This document shows, in pieces, positions 38,565 to 49,088 of a DNA stretch of 64,000 nucleotides. Source of the DNA: Alphaproteobacteria bacterium (lineage in GTDB: Bacteria; Pseudomonadota; Alphaproteobacteria; MPNO01; UBA830); the NCBI GenBank assembly GCA_965243135.1, contig OZ251539.1:5696001-5760000 (forward strand), written 5' to 3'. Positions within the stretch are counted from its first letter, which is position 1; every line of letters begins with the position of its first letter. The position numbers and the translations under genes are program-made. Under the pieces are notes generated by a model that made no database searches, had not been told where the DNA came from, and saw only the letters and a list, made by a program, of their open reading frames with translations.

Positions 38565-39031
38565 GCGGATCCGGAGCACCTCTTGCAGATAGCCATCGGC
38601 CTTGCCGAAGCCAACGCCGGCCGGCCGCGATGGGCGGATTTGTGCCGTGCCGTCAGCACCGCGTACTACGCCTTGTTCCACTGTCTGGCGCGCATCTGTG
38701 CGGACAGCTTGGCTGGCCGCTCTCGTTCGGTCGGCAACCGGGCGGCGGCGGGTGTACCGGGCACCGGAGCGCAGGCAGGCCAGGACGCGTTGCGAGAACA
38801 TGCCGTCCTCGTTTCCAGACGGAATGCAGGAATTCGGGCAAGCGTTCTCGGTGTTGCAAAGCGGACACCACCTGTCGGACTACGACCCGGACTACCTGGT
38901 CAGGAAGTCTAACGTGACCGCAGCCATCAACGATGCTCGAACGAGATCGACCGTTTTCTCGCAACGCCCGCCGGCGTCCGCCGCGATTTCGCCGTGCTGA
39001 TGAAGGTGAGACGCCTGAACGGCGGGCGTAG
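38565..39031 (+). pseudogene. HEPN-like toxin, frameshifted
   Basis: ADLCRAVSTAYYALFH; YRA..; FSVLQSGHHLSDYDP (degenerate R-H..DY motif). Confidence 0.65.
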
Positions 39032-39098
39032 TCGAGTCGTGGCGGCGACGGCGAGGCCGGGCGTTCGCGGTGGGTGGTGCCGCGTGTGTAGCGTTCCC
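38861..39098 (+). repeat. Direct repeat copy 1 (HEPN 3' end and flank)
   Basis: Highly similar to 40771-41008 (CCACCTGTCGGACTACGACCCGGACTACCTGGTCAGGAAGTC...). Confidence 0.9.
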
Positions 39099-39165
39099 TC
39101 TTTCGTTCCTTGGATTGCGGCGCGCGTAGCCGGAGCATCCGACCTTACGTAAGCGACGGATTTTA

Positions 39166-40527
39166 CTACCTCCCTCGCGCGGCGATTTCGGGCGCGTTCT
39201 CCCGGTCGAGGCGGCCGTGATTGACCAACTGTGAGCGAATGGTCATCTGCGAGACGCCGAAACGCCTCGCGGTTTCCATCTGCCTGTCTTCGGAAAGATC
39301 GCCTGCCATCATGTCGTCCACGGCGGCGAAGGGGCTGAGCAACTCTGCCGCAAAGGCGCGTTGCACCTTCTGGCGGTAACTGTAGGTGCGCGTTGCGGGG
39401 TGCAACGCCTCTGTGGGGCGGCCGTTGCGAGCGGCAAACAGTCGGTCGCAAAGGAGACGCGCCAACTCGAAGCGCCGGCCCGTCTTCCATTTCGATTTCA
39501 ACGCCAAGCGCCCGCCGCCCGGCCGGTCGAGCGCGAAGCAGGGTCCGTTCCAACGCTTGCTCGTTCGCTCAATCGCTTTGGCTGTCGTTCCCGACAGGGC
39601 CGCGAGCCGTGCGTCGGCGATCGGCAGGCCGTCCAGTCCCTCCCGGTCGCGAACCGCTTGCGCCATGCCGTACCCCAACCGCCAGGCTTCGACGTCTGGC
39701 GCCTTTGGCAACTCCGTCCCGTCGGGCAACGCTACTGCGTCCTTCGGGTCGGCATCGAAACCGTTCCGCTTTGCGGCCTCCGTGATGTCCTGCGCTGAAA
39801 CCATCTCGTCGAGGGCGCGGCCGCGCAGGGCGGCGTCGGCAGCCACTTCGCCCCAGGCCTCTTCTCCCAGCTCATCCGCTCCGGCGAGATGCTGGCGGAT
39901 CAGGCAGTCGTCGACCTTGTCCGGATCGTACCCGAGCTGCGCTTCCAACCGTCGAAAGCGCGCAAGTTCAGGCTCGCGCCGCTCTACTGTCAGGTCGTTC
40001 CACAGGCGATGCAGGTTCGTGCTCTTCAATTTCCGTTCGTCCAGACAGGCCAGTATGTTTTTCGCGAAGTCGTCGATGGCGCTTTCCAGGCTCGCGGCCG
40101 GAATCGCTTCCCGTCGCGGTGAACCGACGCAGCGGAACAAGGCGGTGTACGGCTCCAGGGACGGCTCGGAGATCAGAAACGACATCGGACCGTCCGAGAA
40201 AATCGTAATATTTGGCCATACGTAGCCGTCGCCGACGGCCGACATGCAATGCGTAAAGTCCCAGTCAAGCGCAGCTTTCTCTCCGGAAGGCCTCCGCCCG
40301 AATTCCCACCGCAGCCGCCACCAATTCCACAGGAGCCATTCGGCCAGCGGGTAGCCGGCGACATGCGGGCCGATCTCCACACGCTCAATGTCTTCGACGA
40401 CGGTCAGCAATCTGCAGTTCGCCGTCATGGAGAGCATGCCGAATGTTGCCTTCTCTTCCGTCGACCCCTCGTCAAGGGGTTCGCAAGAAAGCGAAATTTT
40501 CAGTTCGTTGGACATCTCGTCTGCCAT
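39166..40527 (-). CDS. Hypothetical protein with a C-terminal ImmA/IrrE-like fold lacking HExxH
   Basis: YPLAEWLLWNWWRLRWE, GDGYVWPNITIFSDG, GRRFELARLL, QKVQRAFAAELLSP, VSQMTIRSQLVNH. Confidence 0.6.
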   Translation of the reverse strand: MADEMSNELKISLSCEPLDEGSTEEKATFGMLSMTANCRLLTVVEDIERVEIGPHVAGYPLAEWLLWNWWRLRWEFGRRPSGEKAALDWDFTHCMSAVGDGYVWPNITIFSDGPMSFLISEPSLEPYTALFRCVGSPRREAIPAASLESAIDDFAKNILACLDERKLKSTNLHRLWNDLTVERREPELARFRRLEAQLGYDPDKVDDCLIRQHLAGADELGEEAWGEVAADAALRGRALDEMVSAQDITEAAKRNGFDADPKDAVALPDGTELPKAPDVEAWRLGYGMAQAVRDREGLDGLPIADARLAALSGTTAKAIERTSKRWNGPCFALDRPGGGRLALKSKWKTGRRFELARLLCDRLFAARNGRPTEALHPATRTYSYRQKVQRAFAAELLSPFAAVDDMMAGDLSEDRQMETARRFGVSQMTIRSQLVNHGRLDRENAPEIAARGR

Positions 40528-40730
40528 TCCTTGATGATACGTCTCTGCATGGCGTTACCGCCGCTCAGTTCGTAGCCGCGATAACTCCCTTTACTTCCCA
40601 AAATGGCCTCGGCCGTCGGAGTTAACCGCCCAAACATATTTCGGTAGTTCGTCTTCGCCAAGGCCATCCCTCGCTTGATGCCTTCGCGAAAAAGAGCCCT
40701 CGCTTCAGCCTTTTTGACGCTTCGGCCACG
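40500..40730 (-). pseudogene. 5'-truncated small partner gene of the ImmA-like protein (possible toxin)
   Basis: AEARALFREGIKRG..GSYRGYEL..RRIIKEW overlaps the next start; cut by repeat copy 2. Confidence 0.4.
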
Positions 40731-40770
40731 GTCGCGCAATGATTTTCCGGGACGCGGGCTTGTTGATGGA

Positions 40771-41008
40771 GCGGACGCCACCTGTCGGACTACGACCCGG
40801 ACTACCTGGTCAGGAAGTCCAACGTGACCGAGGCCATCAACGATGCTCGAACGGCGATCGACCCTTTTCTCGCGACGCCCGCCGGCGTTCGCCGCGATTT
40901 CGCCGTGCTGATGAAGGTGAGGCGCCTGAACCGGCGGGCGTAGTCGAGTCGCGGCGGAGACGGTCAGGTCGGGCGTTCGCGGCGGGTGGAGCCGTGCGGA
41001 GCGCTCCT
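40771..41008 (+). repeat. Direct repeat copy 2
   Basis: Matches 38861-39098. Confidence 0.9.
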
Positions 41009-41414
41009 GCGTCTGCGCCCGCCCCCGTAGCGGCGAAGCTGCTGACGCGCCCTCGCGGTCCTTGCGGATCTGTTGGCGGACAGCCGGAGCGATCCGCGGG
41101 GCGCCGGCCGGGCGCCGAGCCGACAAAAAACGGCGCAGCGCAAACGCCTCTCGCACTTGGCCATTCCGTGATGAAAGGCGCCGGCCATGCGGTAACGGCG
41201 TCAAGAGTGGGCGCGTTCCGACGCGTCGCTGATAACTCCCGCCGTTACCGAAGCCTTCCGGCCGGCGTGCGTCGCCGGTCGACGAAGACGACATCTCCCG
41301 TCGAAACCGCTTGAGCGTTGAATCCCCTCGCCGAAAATTCGGAGCCGCGCGGTGCGACGAAGCCCGTTCCGGGGAAGCCGTTGGTACAATGACTCTTCTG
41401 GAGGAAACGGCGAA

Positions 41415-42638
41415 ATGAACGGAATGACATCGCAAGATGCCGCAACGCCGCGCATCGAATGCCTGAAGGTGCGGAACTTCCGGGCCTTGCGGGACGTCGA
41501 GATCGCGAAACTGATGCCGTTGACAGTGCTCCTCGGCCCCAACGGCAGCGGCAAATCCACGGTGTTCGACGCGCTCGCCTTCCTCGCGGAGTGCTTTTCG
41601 TCCGGCCTGCGGCGCGCCTGGGATCGGCGCGGGCGGGCCAAGGAGCTCAGGACCTGCGACGCCGACGGGGCGGTGACGATAGAGATCAAATACCGTGAAC
41701 GACGAAAAACTCCGCTGATCACTTATCACCTGTCCATTGACGAGTTGGCCGGCGCGCCAGTAGTCGTCCACGAGTGGCTGGGCTGGAAACGAACGGGCTT
41801 CGAAGCGCCTTTTCGTTTCCTTGAGTACCGCCACGGCAGAGGCCAAGCCGCGAGCGGCGAAGTGCCGGACGCGGAAGACGAGCGGATCGAGACGCCGTTA
41901 AAATCGCCCGACCTGCTGGCGGTCAACGCGCTCGGGCAGTTCCAGGATCATCCGCGCGCGGCGGCGCTGCGCGATTTCATCATGGGTTGGCACGTTTCCT
42001 GCCTTTCGGCCGACAGCGCGCGTGCACAGCCGGAGGCGGGTCCGCAGGAGCGTCTGAGCACGAGCGGCGACAACCTCGCCAACGTCATCCAGCATCTAAG
42101 CGAACGGCACCCAAAGCGTCTCGACCTCATTTTCCAAACGCTGCGCCGGCGCGTGCCGCGCATCGAGCGCGTGCTGGCCGACGCCATGCCGGACGGCCGG
42201 CTGCTGCTGCAAATCAAGGACGCGCCGTTCAGCCACCCGGTTCTGGGGCGCTTCGCTTCCGATGGCACGCTAAAGATGCTGGCCTATCTGACGTTGCTGC
42301 ATGATCCGGAACCACCGCCCTTCATCGGCATCGAGGAGCCGGAAAACTTTCTGCATCCGCGCCTGCTCCACGAACTGGCGGAGGAATGCGCCGCGGCCGG
42401 CGAGCGCACGCAGATGCTCGTCGCCACCCATTCGCCATTCTTCCTGAATGCGCTGAAGCCCAAACAGGTTCGCGTCCTGTGGCGGGACGAAAAGGGCCAC
42501 GCGCGGTCGCGGCGAGTCGCCGACCTCGATGGCGTGCCCGATTTCATGGAAGCCGGCGCACTGCTCGGCGATCTCTGGATGGAAGGCTATTTCGGCGTTG
42601 GCGATCAGTTGACCCGGCATGGCGGAGAACGCCGGTGA
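41415..42638 (+). CDS. ABC-type ATPase (AAA_21/COG4637-like)
   Basis: [39 protein letters not shown]. Confidence 0.88.
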   Translation: MNGMTSQDAATPRIECLKVRNFRALRDVEIAKLMPLTVLLGPNGSGKSTVFDALAFLAECFSSGLRRAWDRRGRAKELRTCDADGAVTIEIKYRERRKTPLITYHLSIDELAGAPVVVHEWLGWKRTGFEAPFRFLEYRHGRGQAASGEVPDAEDERIETPLKSPDLLAVNALGQFQDHPRAAALRDFIMGWHVSCLSADSARAQPEAGPQERLSTSGDNLANVIQHLSERHPKRLDLIFQTLRRRVPRIERVLADAMPDGRLLLQIKDAPFSHPVLGRFASDGTLKMLAYLTLLHDPEPPPFIGIEEPENFLHPRLLHELAEECAAAGERTQMLVATHSPFFLNALKPKQVRVLWRDEKGHARSRRVADLDGVPDFMEAGALLGDLWMEGYFGVGDQLTRHGGERR

Positions 42639-43200
42639 CGGCGGCGCGGCGCTTGGAAATCCCGATCGAAGAGCCGGAGGCCTTCTTGCAAGAGCTGCTA
42701 CCGCGGGTTCTCCCGGATGGCTGCGCGTGCCGCGTGGTCCAACGCAGAACTGTTGCGAAAGCTCGAACGCCGCTTGCTTGGATACCGTCGTCGGCTATCC
42801 GCCGAATGGCGACTCGTCGTCGCGGTTGATCGCGACAACGACGATTGCCATGCGCTCAAGAGGCAACTCGAACAGGCGGCAGGCGGGCCTGCTTGCGCGC
42901 TCGCGCGGCCAGGAGATGCCGCGGCAAGTGATCAACCGCGAGGCATGGTATTTCGGCGATTGGGAGGCGGTGCGCCAAGCTTATCCAGGAGTCCAGCCCA
43001 ACATCCCGTATCAAGCGCGTTACCGCGACCCGGACGCCGTCCGGGGCGGGACCTGGGAAGCGTTCGAGCGTAGAAGCGCGGCTATTTCCGAAACGGGTTG
43101 CGCAAGACCGAAGCCGCGCGAACCATCGCCCCTAACATCGACCCGGCACGCAACCGTTCGCGGAGTTTCACGATGCTTTGGCCGAGGCGACCGCATGAAA
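42635..43200 (+). pseudogene. DUF4276-like partner of the ATPase, multiply frameshifted
   Basis: EEPEAFLQELLPR / KLERRLLGY..VDRDNDDC / EAWYFGDWEAV..DPDAVRGGTWEAFER / KTEAARTIAP..NRSRSF in shifting frames. Confidence 0.7.
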
Positions 43201-43525
43201 CGAGCGGAAACGGCGGCGTGAACGACCTTTCGGAATCCCTTTTCGGCATCGTCCCCAAGCGGCTCTTCGGTCGCGGCTGGGCCGCCGTCCGCGGTCCCGG
43301 CGAGGTCGCGCCGCCAGCCGAACGCATGGCTGGCGTGTCTTGAGCGACGGTCCCGGCGCTGGTTCCGCGGGAGACTCTCGCCAGGCCCCGCGAATTCGAA
43401 CGCTTCGGCGGGTCCGAGTTGGGAAGCCTCAATCCGCGCGCGTCTTCCGGCGCTGTCGAAGCCGGTTGCAAAAGGATCGCAGGCGGTCGCCTCGGACCCG
43501 ACGCGCGGGGCGGGAACGACCGTCT

Positions 43526-44633
43526 TCAGGCTCCCGCGACCCGGCGAGATGTCCGCTCCTCGGGGAAGTGCCTGAAGGTGTTGACGGCCGAACGGTAATC
43601 GTCCAGCCCCAAACGGGCGCGGATGTCCGCGGTCGCCTTGAGAACCATCGGATCCACGCCGCAGCCATTGGCGATGCGGTCGTTTTTGGAGAAATTCGCC
43701 GCGATGGCCGCCGCCGCGGGCACGGCTTGGGGGCCGATGGCCCCGGCCACGGCGTCGCGCGCCCGGCGCCTCGCGATCCGAACCGATCGCCGTCTCGGCG
43801 AAATCCAGCAACTCGGCGCCGCCGGGAACGCCGATGTCCTGCGACGGATCGACCAGCGCGTCGAGATTGATGTTCATGTCGGCGTCGCGTCCACTCTCAC
43901 GGAGGAACCGGGCATGCCCGGAGGTTCAGAAAAAGCACTCGTTGATCGCCGACACCCGGCCGGCGACCACCTCCGCCTGGGCGCGGCTGAACCCCTCGTG
44001 ATGCTGGTAATCGGGCACCATGATCCGGTGCAGCGGGAGATACTGAACCTCCTCCAGCTCCAGGTGGCGGCGCAGTTCGTCCGGCACCAGACTCATGCCG
44101 CGGACGATGTAGGGCTTGGGTTTGCCGCCGTATAACTCGTCGGCCGCTGCGCCGCCGTCCGGCGGGTTGGGGACGGTCGGCACCCAGGCCAGCTCCTGCA
44201 CCGCCGCCGCCGGGCGTTCGCGCGACGGCGCGCCGGGTCGGGCCGTCGGCAGCGGCCGAAGATCGACGCCGATGCCGCGCATGTCGAGGTTCGTGACTCG
44301 CGCGACGAGGCCGACGATCTCGACGTATTCCTCGTCGCTTAAGCCGCCCCGGCGCGCTTCCTCGTAAGACTCTTCGTCGACGTCCTTGGGGTCGACGGCA
44401 AGCCGCCGAACCATCGTCCGCGCCGCCTCGGGCAAATCGGCGTTCGCCGACTCGGCGCCGCCGGCGGACGGCTCCAGCCTGCCGGCTTCGTAGCCCGCCT
44501 GACGGGTTTCGACAGCGACTGCGAGACGCTGGGCGCCGGTTCCCCAAGCGCCGGCCAGCTGGTCGATCTGCCTGGCGTGGACGCCCGCCAGATCGTCCCG
44601 AACGTGGTACCGCGAGTCGGAGTATAGGGGCAT
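43526..44633 (-). CDS. AhpD/CMD-like protein with in-frame UGA (candidate selenocysteine at 43926-43928); additional frameshift near 43770
   Basis: SRAQAEVVAGRVSAINECFF-UGA-TSGHARFLRESG..MNINLDAL..GVPGGAELLDFAE reads through in frame. Confidence 0.7.
43885..43925 (-). promoter_or_regulatory. Candidate bacterial SECIS element
   Basis: Directly 3' of the UGA: CCGGG-CAUG-CCCGG hairpin and a CUC-CGU-GAG mini-hairpin about 25 nt downstream. Confidence 0.4.
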
Positions 44634-44644
44634 TCGTCCTCCGG

Positions 44645-45952
44645 TCAGATGTCGAACATGCTGTCGGGCAGGAACGTGGCGATTTCCGGGAAGGCGACCA
44701 GGAGCGCCAGACACGCGCCCATCGCGATCCAGAACGGCCAGATGCCGCGGAAGATGGTGCCCATGGGCACGTCCGGCGCGACGCTCTTGACGACGAAAAC
44801 GTTGACGCCGACGGGCGGGCTGATAAGTCCCATTTCCAACACGATCACCACTACGATTCCGAACCAGATCGGACTCATCCCCAGTTGGGTGATCACCTCG
44901 AACACCACGGGGAGGGTCAGGACCAGCATCGCGAGCCCTTCGAGGAAGGTGCCGAGCGCGATGTAGGTTACCAGTATCATGAGCAGGACGCCGGTCTTGT
45001 CCATGTCCAGATTGACCAGGAAGGTCACCAGATCGGACGGCAACTGCGTCAGCGCCATGAACGGTATGAAGATGTGGGCGCCGATCAGGATCATGAAAAC
45101 GGTGGCCGTGGTCCGCAGGGTCTGCAGGACGACGAACTGGATTTTCTCCCGATCCAGCGATCTCCGGCGAAGGGCCACGCAGAACGCCAGGAAGGCGCCG
45201 ACGCCGGCCGCCTCGACCGGCGTGAAGATGCCCATGTAGATGCCGCCGATGGTCGCCGCCACGATGACGACGAAGGTCGCGGAACGCCGCAGCGACGACA
45301 GTTTTTCGGCCGTCGAACTTGCCGGTCCGGCAGGCCCCAGTTCGGGTTTGATGCGCGTCACGACGGCGATCGCGACGAGGAACAGGCCCGTCAGCAGCAG
45401 GCCCGGAACGACTCCGGCCATGAACAGCCGGCCGATGGATTGCTCGGTCAGGATGGCGTAGATGATCAGCCCGGTGGAAGGCGGAATCAGGATGCCGAGC
45501 GTTCCGCCGGCCGCCACTGCGCCGGTGGACAGGCTCGCCCCGTAGTTGAACCGCTTCATCTCGGGCAGCGCGACCCGTCCCATGGTGACGGCTGAGGCGA
45601 TGGAGGAGCCGCTGAGGGCCGCGAAACCGGCGCAGCCTGCGATGGTCGCGGACGCCAGGCCGCCGCGCCGGTGTCCGAGCCAGGCGTAGGCGGCGTTGAA
45701 CAGGTCGGCGCTCATCCCCGACGCCCCGGCCAGATTGCCCATCAGGACGAACACCGGAATGACGGTCAGCGGCAAGGTGACCGTCATTTCGAACGCCTCG
45801 CTCGAAAGCGTGCTGAGCGCCGCGCTGTACCCGTTCATCGCGGCGGTGCCGAAAAATCCCACGATCAACATGGCCATCGCCACGGGCATGCGCATGAAGA
45901 GGAGCGCGAACAACGCGACGAGACCGATGCATCCGATGGCGGTGGCCGACAC
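44645..45952 (-). CDS. dctM: TRAP transporter large permease
   Basis: SGSSIASA, AAGGTLGILIPPS, FTPVEAAG, GLISPPVGVN. Confidence 0.92.
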   Translation of the reverse strand: MSATAIGCIGLVALFALLFMRMPVAMAMLIVGFFGTAAMNGYSAALSTLSSEAFEMTVTLPLTVIPVFVLMGNLAGASGMSADLFNAAYAWLGHRRGGLASATIAGCAGFAALSGSSIASAVTMGRVALPEMKRFNYGASLSTGAVAAGGTLGILIPPSTGLIIYAILTEQSIGRLFMAGVVPGLLLTGLFLVAIAVVTRIKPELGPAGPASSTAEKLSSLRRSATFVVIVAATIGGIYMGIFTPVEAAGVGAFLAFCVALRRRSLDREKIQFVVLQTLRTTATVFMILIGAHIFIPFMALTQLPSDLVTFLVNLDMDKTGVLLMILVTYIALGTFLEGLAMLVLTLPVVFEVITQLGMSPIWFGIVVVIVLEMGLISPPVGVNVFVVKSVAPDVPMGTIFRGIWPFWIAMGACLALLVAFPEIATFLPDSMFDI

Positions 45953-45963
45953 GTCCGACGTCC

Positions 45964-46482
45964 CTACGAGGCCGCTTCGTCCGGGTCGCGTCCCGAAATC
46001 AGGGCGGCCGTTTCCGCGAGGAGGACAAGGCCGTACAGCGCCATGCCGAAGGCCAGCGTCCAGAAGAACGGCTGCAGCGTGATCTCCAGCGACAACGTGG
46101 TTTCGCCGTATCTGGCGGCGTTGTTGCCGCTTTCGACCAGCATCCAGACCAGGACGCCCGTCATCGCGCAGCCGGCCGCCTTGACGGCGATATCGGTCCA
46201 GCGGGTGACCGTCGGTCCCGAGACGACCCCCAGGATTTCAACCGCCACCTGACCGCCGGTGCGTCCGCTGTATCCCACCGAAAAGGCCACGGTGAACACC
46301 AGCAGGATCTGGTTGAAGTCGTCGGCTCCGAAAATGGGAGAATTGAAGACGTAGCGGAAAACGACCGCCACCACGATCAGCGCCGCGAGTCCGGCTACGG
46401 CGACCCCCCCGGCGTAAAGGGCTATCAGGCGAACCGCGCGATCGACGAAAGCGATCGCGCGGTTCGCGCCCGGATCGGACAC
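45964..46482 (-). CDS. dctQ: TRAP transporter small permease
   Basis: Four hydrophobic segments, RYVFNSPIFG; between dctP and dctM. Confidence 0.85.
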   Translation of the reverse strand: MSDPGANRAIAFVDRAVRLIALYAGGVAVAGLAALIVVAVVFRYVFNSPIFGADDFNQILLVFTVAFSVGYSGRTGGQVAVEILGVVSGPTVTRWTDIAVKAAGCAMTGVLVWMLVESGNNAARYGETTLSLEITLQPFFWTLAFGMALYGLVLLAETAALISGRDPDEAAS

Positions 46483-46506
46483 GATTCCGGCCGCTCGGCC
46501 GCGGCC

Positions 46507-47520
46507 TTACTCCGTGGCGGCCTTGTAGATCGCCCGGGCCGGAACGCCTTTCTTCTCCTTGTCGGCGAGGAAGGCTTCGACCGACCTGGCGGTGGCCGCG
46601 TCGAACGCCGCCGCCGCCTCCGCGGACAGTTGGTGGAATTTTACGCCCTTCTGTTCGGTCTTGGCGGTCTTCAGCTGTCCGGCGTCGATCTTTCCCCAAA
46701 AGTCGGCGGCCGCCATGCTGTACTCGCGGCCGGAGTGTTCGGTCACCGCGGCCTTGTGGGCCGCCGAAAGGCCTTTCCAAACCTGCTTGTTCATGGCGAT
46801 GAAGAACAGGGAAGTCGGACCGTTCATGCCGGCGGTCACGTGCTCGCCGGGTTCGGCCAGCCGCCAGGGACGGTAAAGCGCGCCCGGCGAGATATAGACG
46901 CCGTCGAGCACTCCGGTCTGCAGGGCGTTGTAGATTTTGGACACCGGCATGTAGACCGCGGCGGCGGCCCACGCCTTCAGCTGGGGTATGTTGGCCGGCG
47001 ACGGCGCCCTGACTTTCAATCCCTTGACGTCGTCCAGCCGGGTAACCGCTTTCTTGCGGGTTATCAGAACCGGCGGCCAGTTGGAAAACAACGCCAGCAC
47101 CTTGACCTCTTCGTACTCGGGCTTGAGGTACTGGTCGTACACCTTCCAGATTTTCGCGGTCACTTCCTGCGAGCTGTTGCCGACGCCCGGTTGGCCGACG
47201 ATCATGGTGCGGGGAAAGATGGTCGGCGTGTAACCCTGGATGCCGAAGGTGATCTCGGCCACATTGTCGACAACCCGCTTGTATTGCGCGACCGGACCCT
47301 TGCCCAGCTGGCCGCTCGGGAACAGTTTGATCGTCAACGAGCCGTTCGTCGCCTCGGCCAGTTTCTTCGCCAGCAGCGGAATGACGCCGCGGTTGACCGG
47401 ATGCTGCGGCGACATGAAGGTCGCCGCCTTCAGTTCGACGGCGCCGGCCGTCGACGGCATTCCGGCGGTTGCGGCGAAGGCTCCGCCGACGAGGGCCGTC
47501 ATTAGTGCGATGCGCTTCAT
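46507..47520 (-). CDS. dctP: TRAP transporter substrate-binding protein
   Basis: Signal peptide, FPSGQLG, DVKGLKVRAP, YNALQTGVLDG, MNKQVW; GGAGG RBS. Confidence 0.9.
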   Translation of the reverse strand: MKRIALMTALVGGAFAATAGMPSTAGAVELKAATFMSPQHPVNRGVIPLLAKKLAEATNGSLTIKLFPSGQLGKGPVAQYKRVVDNVAEITFGIQGYTPTIFPRTMIVGQPGVGNSSQEVTAKIWKVYDQYLKPEYEEVKVLALFSNWPPVLITRKKAVTRLDDVKGLKVRAPSPANIPQLKAWAAAAVYMPVSKIYNALQTGVLDGVYISPGALYRPWRLAEPGEHVTAGMNGPTSLFFIAMNKQVWKGLSAAHKAAVTEHSGREYSMAAADFWGKIDAGQLKTAKTEQKGVKFHQLSAEAAAAFDAATARSVEAFLADKEKKGVPARAIYKAATE

Positions 47521-48320
47521 TGTTTCCTCCCGATATCGCAGGCGCGGATTCCGGCCGACGCGGCCGCTTCGGAGAATGGCCGCGGCGCTTTGCTTCCGGT
47601 TTCCGCAACGCGTTCGAAACGATGATACCGCCTGCGGCCGGACGATTTCAAGCGTCGGCGGGCCCGAGCGCCGCGTCGGGGAGCGATCGACGACTTTCGC
47701 TCGCGTCCCGCAGCGCGGAATTGGAGGCCGCGTCTTCGGCGCGGCCGGGCGGAACTTCGACCGGCGGCATCCTCCCTCCGGCCCAGGCGCCAGTTCGCCT
47801 TCAGGTCGCTCCGAAGGGTCGCGAGACGCTTGTCGGTCATCGCGCGGGCTATTTCCGCGGCGATCCGGCGGCCGCGCCGGACAGCGCAGCGTTCGCGTTT
47901 CGCATGATCGGCGGATACGCTTCGTCCGGCGGGATGCTCAGGCCCGTGGAGTTGAACAACCGCTATGGATGACCGGCGGTCCGAACGACGAGGAGTGAAG
48001 AGATGTCGCTCGGCGCAACCGGATATTCCGTTCTTGATTCTGCAGTCGCCCGCCTGCACGATCCTTGCGAGCCTGCCGACGGGCGGGCGGAGCGCCGAGC
48101 GGACGGCAGCCGAAAAAATGGCGCAACGCGAACGCCTCGGCTACGCTCGGGCGTGACCGCCGAGAAACCTATGTTTCCGTCGAGCGCCGTCGCCGTTACG
48201 TTGCCGAATTCGCTTGGCGGCGCAACGTCGGCGAAGCCGGTGCCATCGGCGAATGGCGCCGACGGTCGCCTGCGGTTGGGAACCGCCCGATGTATCGCGA
48301 CCTGACGGCGTGAGGACAGC

Positions 48321-49088
48321 ATGACTGATCTCTTTATTCCTGCGGAAACGGTTGACGTCGTCGATGAAATTACCGCCAATGATGGTCACGCAACAGTGGA
48401 AATTCTCCCTGCTGCCGATGTATTGTATACATTGGGGCGATCCATGAGGGTAAACGCAATCATACTTGACCCTTGGTAAAATAGGGGGGTTGGAGGAGAG
48501 CGTGGCGATTACGATGATTGGTTGGCTGAAGTCATTCGGTCTGCATGCGATATTGCCGATCATGTCTTCGTCTGGGGATTCCCCGAAATATTGGCGAACC
48601 AAATCTCGCGTCTGCCGAATGAATTCTTTCTTGTTTCTTGGCTGACGTGGTATTACAAAAACTGTCCCTCTGTAATTCGAGGATGGCGTTCCGCCCAAAA
48701 TACCTGCCTTCATTTGGCCCTAAAGGATACGAAAATCTACCCTGAACATTTTTTGAACGCACAACAATATGAGAGATGGAAGACAGGAAGAATGCGGTTC
48801 GTTCCTAGTCCTCCTTCGGTGCTCGAAGCGCCGTTGAACATAGGTTTCGTAGGAAAATCGGAACAGACGGGACATCCGGCGCAAAAACCTCTCGCTGTCA
48901 TCGAACCCTTGATAATGATGGCAACCAAGGAGGACGATACGGTACTAGACCCGATGTGCGGTTCGGGTACGACTGGAGAAGCTTGCCTCAGATTTAAGCG
49001 CAATGCCGTTCTCTGCGACGCCGCTTCCGATTATCTCTCCATCGCTCGCTCTCGAATCGACGCTTGGCATCGGTCGAATGGACGATAG
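48321..49088 (+). pseudogene. Beta-class N6/N4 DNA methyltransferase with a nonsense codon in the catalytic motif
   Basis: ILDPW-TAA(48477)-NRG in frame; HPAQKP; VLDPMCGSGTT. Confidence 0.85.
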
